Source of the DNA: an uncultured virus (IMG/VR IMGVR_UViG_3300029258_002844)
Taxonomy: Duplodnaviria; Heunggongvirae; Uroviricota; Caudoviricetes
IMG/VR virus record: IMGVR_UViG_3300029258_002844
DNA: 64,000 nucleotides
Strand: one strand, 5' to 3'
Shown: positions 26,421 through 35,995 of the stretch, in pieces
Numbering within the stretch: position 1 is the stretch's first letter
Layout of the letters: each line of letters begins with the position of its first letter
The notes under the pieces: model-generated
Told to the model about the DNA's origin: nothing
The model's database searches: none
Seen by the model: only the letters and a program-made list of their open reading frames with translations
Position numbers and translations under genes: made by a program

Positions 26421-26597
26421 ATGGCAATTCAATATAAAGTCGAGAGATTTGACTTTGACCCCATAGATTCAACCGCAGGTCTTGAATTTTTACTTGACTA
26501 AGAAGGTGCTGATGATTGGGATTTAATACAAATGATTCGAGCTGGTGTAGATGCTGCTACCGGCATAATGTCAGGACTGTTTATCTTTAAGAAATAA
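26421..26597 (+). pseudogene. DUF4177-like small gene with in-frame TAA at 26499-26501
   Basis: AGGAGG RBS; MAIQYKV...LEFLLD*EGADDWDLIQ...FIFKK. Confidence 0.5.
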
Positions 26598-26603
26598 CTA
26601 AAA

Positions 26604-26679
26604 CTCCGCGTAGCTGAATAGGATCAGCAAGACCCTTCTAAGGTCTAGTATGGGCGTTCGAGTCGCCTCGCGGAGTCCA
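26604..26679 (+). tRNA. tRNA-Arg(UCU)
   Basis: AGACC-CTTCTAA-GGTCT, TCCA. Confidence 0.9.
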
Positions 26680-26704
26680 TTACAAAAAAGAAAGGAGACG
26701 ACAA

Positions 26705-26764
26705 ATGACGTAGATTACTTTTGGCGTACCACCCTAGGTAGTTGCTAGAGGTCCGCCTTATTAA
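26705..26764 (+). promoter_or_regulatory. Putative leader ORF with two in-frame amber codons and an RGPP motif
   Basis: AGGAG + 7 nt + ATG ACG TAG ATT ACT TTT GGC GTA CCA CCC TAG GTA GTT GCT AGA GGT CCG CCT TAT TAA. Confidence 0.55.
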
Positions 26765-26810
26765 ATTATAATTTGGAAACTTAAATTATAATTTATAAGG
26801 AGATAAGACA

Positions 26811-27125
26811 ATGACTAGGAAGCAACTACTACAAAAGATCAAGCAAGAACAAAAGGCAAGGGCAAAAGAGATTCGTGAACTCAAATCTACCAGGAAACAA
26901 GATAAGCGTAATGGTAGACAGCTGTATGCAATTGAAAGTGATATTGTTTGGGAAAAATATGAGTTTAGACATCACCACATTGCATACTGTGAAATGAGGG
27001 GACGCACTAGAGATCAAATTGAATGTCCCCGAGAAGATAATCTCCCGGTCCAGCGAGAGATTGATCGTATTAAAGAAGAGTGGATGGAGCAGCTCGATGA
27101 AGATGTACATACTGACGCGGCTTGA
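26811..27125 (+). CDS. Hypothetical basic protein
   Basis: AAGGAG RBS; RHHHIAYCEMRGR...IE motif. Confidence 0.7.
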   Translation: MTRKQLLQKIKQEQKARAKEIRELKSTRKQDKRNGRQLYAIESDIVWEKYEFRHHHIAYCEMRGRTRDQIECPREDNLPVQREIDRIKEEWMEQLDEDVHTDAA

Positions 27126-27384
27126 TCTGTCTACATCTCAACAGGCTGTTCAGGGGGGTCACGCGCTTGCAGGATTCCTCCTGAGCATCCCTCAAGATTG
27201 GAATAACAGTACTCTCGTTTATCTTGGAGTCAAAGATGAAACCCATTTACATAGATGGGCACACAAACTGGACATTCATGATATTGACTTTAAAGAATGG
27301 CGAGAACCGGATATGGGTAACGAGTTAACTGCTCTTGCAGCATACTCAGACGGACGCATTTTTAAGAATTTGAATTTGTTATAA
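27097..27384 (+). CDS. Peptidyl-tRNA hydrolase Pth2-like protein
   Basis: YILTR.DL...QQAVQGGHA...LVYL.V..E...EPD...ELTALA. Confidence 0.7.
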   Translation: MKMYILTRLDLSTSQQAVQGGHALAGFLLSIPQDWNNSTLVYLGVKDETHLHRWAHKLDIHDIDFKEWREPDMGNELTALAAYSDGRIFKNLNLL

Positions 27385-27391
27385 AGTGTGA

Positions 27392-27465
27392 AGGCGTGTA
27401 GTTGAGTGGCTCAACAGGAAACTCTAAATTTCCGTAGGCGGGTTCGATTCCCGTCACGCCTTCCA
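27392..27465 (+). tRNA. Amber suppressor tRNA (CUA)
   Basis: GGAAA-CTCTAAA-TTTCC, AGGCGTG/CACGCCT, U73-CCA. Confidence 0.85.
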
Positions 27466-27496
27466 TTTATTTTTTTGTAAAGAAAGGTACTGAATA

Positions 27497-28159
27497 ATGA
27501 ATAGTCGAATTATACTACCGTTGGACAATATGGAATGGGAGAAAGCTGAAGTTATAATGCAGATGACCCAAGGAATGGTATGGGGTTATAAGGTCAGACG
27601 AACCGTTCTTGATAAAGGTCTTTGTATCATTCAAAAGATTAAAGAGTATGGAAATGTCATGGTTGACTTTAAACTTTATGACATTCCAAGTGCTATTGAT
27701 GAATCTGTTCATGCTCATCTTGAAAGTGGTGCAGATATCACAACAGTCCATTGTACAGCAGGTTATATTCCTGTTCCAGTGCAAGCTCCAAAAATTGCTG
27801 GAGTTACCATTCTAACTTCAATGGCTGGATATCAGTTTGAAAAATATTACAGAGGTGATGTTCAAGGTGCTGTCAGGTCAATGGCTATGGATGCTGAGAA
27901 ACTAAAATATGGATATGTTGTTTGCTCCGCTGCTGATCTAAAAGAAGGACTGCCTATTTATCATACAAAAAAGATATGTCCTGGAATTAGACCACAATGG
28001 TATCAGGAAAATGATGATCAAAAAAGAACGATGACTCCAAAAGACTCAATTGAAGCTGGAGCTGATTTGCTTGTTATTGGTCGTCCTATTCTCAATTCAT
28101 CTGACCCAATAAGAGCTGTTGATTGGACAAATGAGGAAATAGAATCTGCAGAAAAATAA
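27497..28159 (+). CDS. pyrF: Orotidine-5'-phosphate decarboxylase
   Basis: DFKLYDIP, GVTILTS, CPGIR, DDQKR, LVIGRPI. Confidence 0.9.
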   Translation: MNSRIILPLDNMEWEKAEVIMQMTQGMVWGYKVRRTVLDKGLCIIQKIKEYGNVMVDFKLYDIPSAIDESVHAHLESGADITTVHCTAGYIPVPVQAPKIAGVTILTSMAGYQFEKYYRGDVQGAVRSMAMDAEKLKYGYVVCSAADLKEGLPIYHTKKICPGIRPQWYQENDDQKRTMTPKDSIEAGADLLVIGRPILNSSDPIRAVDWTNEEIESAEK

Positions 28160-28190
28160 ACGCCCGGATGTAGAGTCCGTTTGTTTATTT

Positions 28191-29141
28191 TTAGTCTTCT
28201 TTTTCTGGGTTAAGATGTTTCACATATTCTTTAAACAAGTTTAAATCATATTTACCTGTATTTACTTCGTCCACAAGGTATTCACAGGCGTCGTAACATG
28301 ACATCGGGTCTCGATAAGTCCGAGTATCAGAGGTGAGAGCCTCGTGGCAGTCGATAATAGCCACGATTCTACAGAACTTACTAATCTGGTTACCTTTCTT
28401 ACCATGGTATCCAGAACCATCGAGTTTTTCATGATGGTACATTGCCACGTCCCTAACTGCGTCGTTGATTTTGTCATTACCAAAGTCAACTCGTTCAAGG
28501 AGTACTGCGCCAATTACAGTATGGGCACGCATTGCAGTATATTCCTCATCTGTAAGTTGTTTATCAGATTTGAGGATCTCATCGGGTATTTGAGTCTTGC
28601 CGATATCATGAGTCAAGCAAGCTAATGCAAATATCCTGGTCTTTCTTTTCGACCATTTTAAATACATGGCGAAACTAATTCCAAGACTCATTACCCTAAC
28701 ACTATGTACCAGGGTCGAGTAGTCCTTATCACTGATAGCAAGGACCGACTTCAGCATTTCAATATTGCTACCATCAATCAGCTCGTCAACTAAAGCTTTG
28801 ACAGCCTCTACTTTCGAACTGATGATGTCATTGGGATCGCTGAAGATTGTGTCTTCAGCGATGTCCTTAATAAGTTCCTTGGTCTTCTTGATGTTACCAG
28901 AAGTCAAGTTCTCTCGAAGAGCAGTAGTCCAACTTTCTTTCAGCTCCTCGAACATTACGTTTTCGTCAGTCTTACGAATATACAACTTCGCAGGAAGCAA
29001 CTCAGACTTAATTCTATTGTGCAGTGGCCGATCGCCATTAGAATACAATTTATAATCACCGTCGTAAAGTCTATACAGTGGTGTATTATTCAGGTATTCC
29101 AACCTGCGGGGCGGCACTACACAGAAGATTGCTGTGGTCAT
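28191..29141 (-). CDS. HD-GYP domain protein (putative cyclic dinucleotide phosphodiesterase)
   Basis: HSVRV, HDIGK, HHEKLDGSGY, IVAIIDC.EALTSDTR.YR. Confidence 0.85.
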   Translation of the reverse strand: MTTAIFCVVPPRRLEYLNNTPLYRLYDGDYKLYSNGDRPLHNRIKSELLPAKLYIRKTDENVMFEELKESWTTALRENLTSGNIKKTKELIKDIAEDTIFSDPNDIISSKVEAVKALVDELIDGSNIEMLKSVLAISDKDYSTLVHSVRVMSLGISFAMYLKWSKRKTRIFALACLTHDIGKTQIPDEILKSDKQLTDEEYTAMRAHTVIGAVLLERVDFGNDKINDAVRDVAMYHHEKLDGSGYHGKKGNQISKFCRIVAIIDCHEALTSDTRTYRDPMSCYDACEYLVDEVNTGKYDLNLFKEYVKHLNPEKED

Positions 29142-29309
29142 GATGACCTCCTTTTCTGTTTAGATGTTTACCGTCTTGTGAAAAGTAATAAAATTACTTA
29201 GTTTATATATGTAGTACTAGAGCGCGTTTGCTCTAGTACATTATCCGAACAATATTCCTTTCTTAGTTATTAATATATATAGTAATCTTATTTATACGGA
29301 CGCTTAAAT

Positions 29310-29388
29310 CCCCGTGTCGCTAAACGGAATAGCACCTGGCTACGAACCAGGGATACTTATGCAGGTTCGAATCCTGTCACGGGGTCCA
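29310..29388 (+). tRNA. tRNA-Arg(ACG)
   Basis: CCTGG-CTACGAA-CCAGG, TCCA. Confidence 0.9.
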
Positions 29389-29555
29389 TTTCTTAATCTT
29401 GCCCAATACGACCCTCCAAATCCAATTAGGACAATAAAAAAAAGAACAATAATCCCTATATCATTAAGTAATATATGTAGTTTCTGACTCTATTCAAAAG
29501 GAATTTTTTTTGTTACATTAGAACATATTATAAATAAAGAAAGGAGTATGTTTTA

Positions 29556-30026
29556 GTGGAGATAATCATTGTTGCACCACATCCTGATGATGAACTTATC
29601 GGCTGTTATTCTGTTTTAAAAAACAGCAAACATAAACCTATTATCATTTATACTGAGGATGTATCTGAAGAAAGAAAAGAAGAAGTTAAAGGAATCAAGA
29701 AACTCTTTAACATTAAACATCAACTCCTTACAAGACAAGTCCCACAAAATCTAATGGTAAAAGAAAACCTCTTTTACTTTCCAGATCCATTCCACGAACA
29801 CCATCCTGCACACAGAATGCAAGGTGCTATTGGTGAAACATTTGCAAGAGCTGGTTTAAATGTAATGTTTTATTCAACCAACATGACAGCACCTTATATT
29901 CATGAAGTCGAACATCCTGAAGAAAAACAAAACGCTTTAAACTTGTGTTATCCAACACAAGCCGATCTATGGAAGTATGAACATAAGTTCTTTCTATTTG
30001 AAGGTTATTGCAAGTGGTTTCTATAA
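29556..30026 (+). CDS. PIG-L/LmbE-family deacetylase
   Basis: VAPHPDDE, HPAH. Confidence 0.8.
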   Translation: MEIIIVAPHPDDELIGCYSVLKNSKHKPIIIYTEDVSEERKEEVKGIKKLFNIKHQLLTRQVPQNLMVKENLFYFPDPFHEHHPAHRMQGAIGETFARAGLNVMFYSTNMTAPYIHEVEHPEEKQNALNLCYPTQADLWKYEHKFFLFEGYCKWFL

Positions 30027-30225
30027 AATTTTTAAGGAGACAACTACATGACACAAGACTTATTAGTCCGCGTTCCACAAATGGGTACTTTCAAAGCAGA
30101 GTTAGAAGTTATAGATGAGTTTGAAAATAAAAAACTCGTAAAAACATGGCAAGGAATTTACAAGGAATTTACACAACGTGAAGAAGGTTATTATGAAGAA
30201 ACAGCTGCATTCAAAGAACTCCCGA

Positions 30226-30504
30226 ATGATTGGAAATGGGAAATTGGACGAGGAAGTTTTCCAACAAGCCTTAGAGCAGTGGGGTGAAGAAGCACAAGTT
30301 ATGCAATGTGTTGAAGAGATGGGAGAAGTCTTAGTAGCACTTAACCATCTCAAAAGAGGAAGAATTGAAAAAGGTCAACTGATTGAAGAGTTCGTAGATG
30401 TCTATATCATGATGTGTCAAATGCGATATATGAACAAAGAACTCTTTGATCAAATTTATGAATTTAAAGTAAATCGAATAAGAGAAAGATTGGGGTTAAT
30501 ATGA
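30226..30504 (+). CDS. MazG-like nucleotide pyrophosphatase
   Basis: EEMGE...EEFVDV all-alpha motif. Confidence 0.7.
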   Translation: MIGNGKLDEEVFQQALEQWGEEAQVMQCVEEMGEVLVALNHLKRGRIEKGQLIEEFVDVYIMMCQMRYMNKELFDQIYEFKVNRIRERLGLI

Positions 30505-31472
30505 GTCGGTTAATCTTTGTTCCACAATATCCAGCAAAGCTGAGATATCAAGAGTGGTGGTTCACAGAGTTTCCAAAACAATTTGCAAAACATTTCGACG
30601 AGGTCTTTGTTCTTGGTATAGATTATCTCAAACATGAAGTTGAATATTCTAGAGGTGCGGAGAGTATGTTTTCTCCAATCGAACTCGCCGTTGACTTTGA
30701 AACTCAACTCATTCGAGAATACATGGGAATGCAGATTCGTAAAGATGATGTTTTATTCCATGCAGATTTGAGTTTTCCCGGGTTCTTTACAGGCGCCCTA
30801 TACCATAAACCATGTCCGAAAATGTATGCGTTCTGCCACGCGTCTGCGCGTAATGCGTATGATTATTGGGCGCCTGTAAGAAGGAAAAAATGGAGAATAG
30901 AGTCTGAACATTCAAAGATGTTTAATCGGATTTTTGTTGGTTCTAATTACCATGCAAATAAGTTATATAGTGCGCCACATCGTATGAATAATATTATAGT
31001 AACTGGACTACCAAATCCTCCGTTTCATGGTTTACCACAACCAAAAAGAGATATTAGATTTGTAAGTGTATCTCGACCAAGTGTTCAAAAGATCAATGTG
31101 AAATTGGAGAACGAGATTGAAAAGATGTTTGGAGGAATCACAAGAACTCCAGAGATGCGTGTTAAGAGTTGGGAAGAATATTATCACGTCTTGGGTCGTT
31201 CTAAAATGATGATTGTATCTTCAAAAGAGGAAACATTTGGCTACCAAATTGTTGACGCAGTGCTAAACAACGTCATACCGATAGCTCCAAATAAATTCTC
31301 ATATAGGGAACTCTTACCTTGTGAATATCTATATGATAACTTTAGCGAATTGGTAGCGATTATACGAAGAGTGTTGGAATATGACGATGTAAGAGTGCCT
31401 GAGATTTTAGCTCAACGTAGAATAGATTCATTCTATGAGAATATATGTAGGGAGATGAAAGGAATTTACTAA
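30501..31472 (+). CDS. Glycosyltransferase (GT-B)
   Basis: SKEETFGYQIVDA (EX7E-like), P..FSY.EL. Confidence 0.75.
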   Translation: MSRLIFVPQYPAKLRYQEWWFTEFPKQFAKHFDEVFVLGIDYLKHEVEYSRGAESMFSPIELAVDFETQLIREYMGMQIRKDDVLFHADLSFPGFFTGALYHKPCPKMYAFCHASARNAYDYWAPVRRKKWRIESEHSKMFNRIFVGSNYHANKLYSAPHRMNNIIVTGLPNPPFHGLPQPKRDIRFVSVSRPSVQKINVKLENEIEKMFGGITRTPEMRVKSWEEYYHVLGRSKMMIVSSKEETFGYQIVDAVLNNVIPIAPNKFSYRELLPCEYLYDNFSELVAIIRRVLEYDDVRVPEILAQRRIDSFYENICREMKGIY

Positions 31473-32219
31473 ATGACGAGAAGAAACGGAAAGGATTTAA
31501 CTCATTTTGAGAAATATGCAGATATTGATTTCAAACTTTGCTCAGCACCTTGGAAGGGTCGTTTAAATCTTGGTGTCTTTCTATACTTAGCACTATATGG
31601 AGTTAGAAAAATTCCTGTTGACGCACGAATGATATCTTGTCATTTAGATTGGAAAAATAAATCTATTCGTGATGAATTGAGACGACAATGTGAAGAGGGT
31701 GGTCTTGCAAAATATATAACAATTATTATAAAAGATAACATAAAACATTATTTGTTAGATTATGAAGTCGCGAAAGATATATGTAATTTAGATTTTAAAT
31801 TTGAGCATTATATAAAAGATCATGGTCATGAATTTGGAAAAAAACATTCTATATCAGCAACCCTACCAAATGCTTCACCGAACAAAGCAGAACTTTCTTT
31901 TGATGTTATTCTACAATCTACTCTACCAGGACGTTATGAATTTGTTGGTGATAGATCATTGATGATTGGTGAAGGTGATTATCGTGATAGAAATCCTGAT
32001 TGGGCAAGGATAGATGGTACAAAAAAATATATTGAGTATTTTGGACCTCGGCATATTAAAGAGGGACAAACAAGAGAAGAACATGTTCAAGAACGAAGGG
32101 AGTTCTTTCAAAAATATGGTGGTGATTGTTATTGTGTCTGGTTTGATGATTGGGATAATAAAGTCAAAAGACCTAATATCATTCGTGAAATAATTGAGTT
32201 TGATAAGGATGATGTATAA
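31473..32219 (+). CDS. Hypothetical protein with C-terminal PD-(D/E)XK-like domain
   Basis: NKAE, NPDW, IEYFG..H. Confidence 0.5.
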   Translation: MTRRNGKDLTHFEKYADIDFKLCSAPWKGRLNLGVFLYLALYGVRKIPVDARMISCHLDWKNKSIRDELRRQCEEGGLAKYITIIIKDNIKHYLLDYEVAKDICNLDFKFEHYIKDHGHEFGKKHSISATLPNASPNKAELSFDVILQSTLPGRYEFVGDRSLMIGEGDYRDRNPDWARIDGTKKYIEYFGPRHIKEGQTREEHVQERREFFQKYGGDCYCVWFDDWDNKVKRPNIIREIIEFDKDDV

Positions 32220-32752
32220 TGAGTTCAGCTAGTCCGTATAAAGTATTTTGGGATTGGTGTTTTGATACTAAAAAAGATTCACCAATTCCTATGCAAGATG
32301 TGTTATTGAAATACAACTCTCCGATAACACAGCAGTTTTTATTAAAGTCTTTCGTTCGTCATGCTCATCTAAATAATTACTTAAATGATTGGTTAAACAA
32401 TGTTGGTATATACTATATCGAACGAGAAGAGTTGTTCTTGTTTATTAAAAAATGTATTCAAGACTTTAAAGTTAAAAGAAAAGATATACAATTTATCAAA
32501 TATCAACCCAGACAGATCCTGGTTGAAAAATTAAGATCAAAATTTCCAACACTCAAGGTTTATGATGTTGAACTTCTTTCAGCTATTATTCAACATAGCG
32601 CAGAACGAGATTCTATATACAGTGCATTGGGTATGGAAAAACCAAAAACTCAAAAATTAAAGAAAGTGAAACGAGTGAAGAAGACTCTCGCTAAATTCTT
32701 GAAAGAGAATTTCACAAAAGTCCAAGTAAAAATAAGTGACTATAACTTATAA
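32219..32752 (+). CDS. Hypothetical replication-region protein
   Basis: Coupled ORF upstream of the polymerase. Confidence 0.6.
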   Translation: MSSASPYKVFWDWCFDTKKDSPIPMQDVLLKYNSPITQQFLLKSFVRHAHLNNYLNDWLNNVGIYYIEREELFLFIKKCIQDFKVKRKDIQFIKYQPRQILVEKLRSKFPTLKVYDVELLSAIIQHSAERDSIYSALGMEKPKTQKLKKVKRVKKTLAKFLKENFTKVQVKISDYNL

Positions 32753-32761
32753 GAGGTTTAT

Positions 32762-35700
32762 ATGATTAGTCTTAAATCTTCGTTTGCAAATTGCTCTAGT
32801 TGTTCACTCCTTGACGCACCTTCATGTATTCTTGAAACTAATTGTAAAGATGACTTAACTAAAGTTGACGTAGTCTTTGTTAGTGAGAATCCTGGAAAGA
32901 ATGAAGTAAAGAAGGGTATACCGTTGATAGGAAGAGCAGGACAAACTTTTCGTAAACCATTTGACAAATATGTCAAAAAGAATTGTAACTGGCTATTGAC
33001 AAATTGTGTATTATGTCTTACGTTGGATGAAGAAGGCAACACAGGAAACCCAACACAAGAGATAATCGACCATTGTAAAATTAATTGTTTTGAAATCATT
33101 AAACAATGTGACCCAAAGTTAATTGTTTTAATGGGCACTAGTCCAATGTCAGCTTTCGGTATTGCTAAATCTGGAATAACAAATATAAGAGGACAGATGT
33201 TTAAGTGGGAAGGTTATGATGTATTACTAACTGTCCATCCAAGTTTTGTGAATAGGAATAGAAACTTTATGAAGGATTTTGAAGAGGATATTAAAATGTC
33301 AGCAGTATTTCTTGGAGAATCATTTGGTCGAGACGATACTAAGAGTATGAAAATTGAGGAAGGTAAGAAAGGAATATTCCGATATACAATACCTGAGAAA
33401 TTCTATACTGAAGATTATCGTTTAGTTGATATTCAATATCTTACTCGTTCTAATAAAATTATTTACATCTTTAGAGATAAAGATAATAAGAAAGTTTATC
33501 ATGAAGTAAATGATGATTATGTTTGTTACACCTGTCCATCTAATGTTGCAGCAAAAAAGATTGTTCCATATGATGAGTTGAATCAGTTATGTATTCCGTA
33601 TAAACAAAAAGCAAAACTTGATCCAAATATCACATATGAAGGTGATTTAAAACTAACCGCAAAGCATGCAATGGACTATTATCATTTTAATAAGGGAGAA
33701 GCACCAACCACTTGTATGAATGTATTGTTTTGTGATATTGAGGTTGATACAGGTGAAAGTAGGGCGTTCCCTCACCCAAAAGAAGCAGCGTTTCCAATTA
33801 ATATGATCACATCTATTTTTCAGGAGCAGAAAAAGAAAATTACATATATTTTAGATAATCACACTGAACCGATTCAACCCATTGAAGGAGTTGAATTTAA
33901 AATCTTTACTAATGAGAAAAAACTGCTGATTCAGTTTATTAAAGATTGGAAAGACTATGATCCTGATTTTGCAACAGGTTGGAACTTTATTGGTTTTGAT
34001 ATGGAGTATATCTATAACCGAATGACAAAGATAAAACTTCAACATAATATGATGTCTCGTTACGGTGAGTTTTATGTTGATAGTTTTCGATTCTCATGTA
34101 AGGTTGCTGGTTGTGTAGTTTTAGATCAGGATCATTTGTATAAGTCTTTTACATTTACAAAGATGGAAAATTATAAACTTGGATTTATTGCACAACATGA
34201 ACTTGGTGTTACTAAAGTTGATCTACCTCTTCCAATGAATCAAATGTATTGGAAGATGTTAAATAAGACAATTGAATATAACGTTAGGGACTCCGAGTTG
34301 CTTGAGCAGTTGGATGCGAAACTAGGTCATATTAATCTCTTAAAAGAGTTGCGAGTAATTTGTAAAGCAAGTTTTGATTCTGCAGCTTCTGGATTTGGTC
34401 AAATAGATTGTACCATGATTTCTTTCTTGAGAGATAAAGGACTTGCATCTAAAAACTCCAATCCGCATGTGCATAAAGAAAAATATCCTGGAGCATATGT
34501 TCAACCCCCGATTCCAGGTGTTTATGATAATATTACAGACTATGACTTCACATCTCTGTATCCATCAATTATTATGACATATAACATTGGTGTGAATAAC
34601 TTTGTAATGAGAACCAAAGATCCAACAGTTGGTTTTGATCTTGCATATCATCCAGAAAAGTTGGACGACATGATTGATATGTTTATTGATCCAATGTTTG
34701 AAAATAAACCAGTTAAAGTTAAGAAGTCAGATTTATTGAAGAAAATTAAAGATAGTGATTTGATTCATACGATCAATGGGTGTTTTTATGAATCTCATGA
34801 AAAGAACCTCTCTGTGTATAGTCAGGTTCTTGAGCATCTCTTGAGTGCAAGGCGAGCATATAAGAAAAAGATGCTTGATGCAAAAGAAGCGGGTGATAAA
34901 ACAACAGCCAGTTTTTATAATACCAAACAAATGGTTTATAAGGTGTTGGCAAATACTCTTTACGGTGTTGTTGCAAATACAGCATTTAGGTTCTTTGATG
35001 TTGGGTGTGCGGCTGCTATTACACTTGGTGGTCAGGAAGCATTGAAATATTCTATTACTGAAGGAGATGCTTTTATGGAGCATCTATATGATGGTAAGGA
35101 TATTCGACATCAACCAGAGATTACAAAACGTGAAATGTATTCAGATGAGATGCCAGATCGGACTCCTCGGTTCATCGTGACAGGTGATACTGATTCTATC
35201 TTCTGTTGTTTTCAAGAATTTAAAGGAAAGAAGACAGATGAACAAATAAAAGCATGGTGTGATCAGGTTCAAGAATATCTCAATGTTCAAGTTATCGCAC
35301 CTATTGTGCAACGTCATAATGTGCCACTTGAAGTTAATAAACTTGATCTTAAAAATGAGTTGATTATCAAACGTGGTCTATTTCTTGCCAAGAAACGTTA
35401 TGTGATTAATGTTACAAATAATGAAGGTCGAGTTGTTAATGAAACTAAGTTTATGGGGTTGGAAGTGAAAAGATCTGATTACCCATCTGCTAGTAAAGAA
35501 TTTATGAAAGAAATTGTTAAACTCATAATGGATGCTGAAAGAGTCAATCTTCCAATCATTTATAAATTTATTGCTCGGAAAGAAAAAGATTTTAGAAAAC
35601 TTATAAAAGATGGAAGTAAAACTATTGCTCGACCTGTTAGTTATGGAAAGAAAATAAAAGATTATAAATCCATTCCACAAGGTGTCAAAGCAATGGAAAC

Positions 35701-35995
35701 TTTTAATGCAATTTCATATAATGCACATACTGTTGGAGCAAGAGCATATATGTTTAGGGTATCTGGTATCAATGTAGAGAAGGCTCCACCAGAGGTTGTA
35801 ACAAATTATGATAAGTTTATAGCATCTGGCAAGAAACTTGAAGTTGTTGCAATACCTGACGAAGAGCCAACACTTCCAGAATATTATATTCCAGATGTTA
35901 AAGGAAATATGAAGTTTGCTTTTGAGGACAGGTATAATTTATTGTTGCAGCCTCTTATGGAAGTAAAGAAGAATGAAGGGGTTTTGACTATATGA
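32762..35995 (+). CDS. Family B DNA polymerase with N-terminal family-4 uracil-DNA glycosylase domain
   Basis: CxxC, SENPG..E, TNCVLC, HPS (UDG); DIE, NFIGFD, YNVRD (exo); DFTSLYPS, KVLANTLYG, GDTDS (pol). Confidence 0.9.
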   Translation: MISLKSSFANCSSCSLLDAPSCILETNCKDDLTKVDVVFVSENPGKNEVKKGIPLIGRAGQTFRKPFDKYVKKNCNWLLTNCVLCLTLDEEGNTGNPTQEIIDHCKINCFEIIKQCDPKLIVLMGTSPMSAFGIAKSGITNIRGQMFKWEGYDVLLTVHPSFVNRNRNFMKDFEEDIKMSAVFLGESFGRDDTKSMKIEEGKKGIFRYTIPEKFYTEDYRLVDIQYLTRSNKIIYIFRDKDNKKVYHEVNDDYVCYTCPSNVAAKKIVPYDELNQLCIPYKQKAKLDPNITYEGDLKLTAKHAMDYYHFNKGEAPTTCMNVLFCDIEVDTGESRAFPHPKEAAFPINMITSIFQEQKKKITYILDNHTEPIQPIEGVEFKIFTNEKKLLIQFIKDWKDYDPDFATGWNFIGFDMEYIYNRMTKIKLQHNMMSRYGEFYVDSFRFSCKVAGCVVLDQDHLYKSFTFTKMENYKLGFIAQHELGVTKVDLPLPMNQMYWKMLNKTIEYNVRDSELLEQLDAKLGHINLLKELRVICKASFDSAASGFGQIDCTMISFLRDKGLASKNSNPHVHKEKYPGAYVQPPIPGVYDNITDYDFTSLYPSIIMTYNIGVNNFVMRTKDPTVGFDLAYHPEKLDDMIDMFIDPMFENKPVKVKKSDLLKKIKDSDLIHTINGCFYESHEKNLSVYSQVLEHLLSARRAYKKKMLDAKEAGDKTTASFYNTKQMVYKVLANTLYGVVANTAFRFFDVGCAAAITLGGQEALKYSITEGDAFMEHLYDGKDIRHQPEITKREMYSDEMPDRTPRFIVTGDTDSIFCCFQEFKGKKTDEQIKAWCDQVQEYLNVQVIAPIVQRHNVPLEVNKLDLKNELIIKRGLFLAKKRYVINVTNNEGRVVNETKFMGLEVKRSDYPSASKEFMKEIVKLIMDAERVNLPIIYKFIARKEKDFRKLIKDGSKTIARPVSYGKKIKDYKSIPQGVKAMETFNAISYNAHTVGARAYMFRVSGINVEKAPPEVVTNYDKFIASGKKLEVVAIPDEEPTLPEYYIPDVKGNMKFAFEDRYNLLLQPLMEVKKNEGVLTI

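Noticed and set aside
27392..27465. tRNA-Pyl
   Set aside because: Has canonical D-loop GG, TTCGA T loop, 5-bp anticodon stem and U73.
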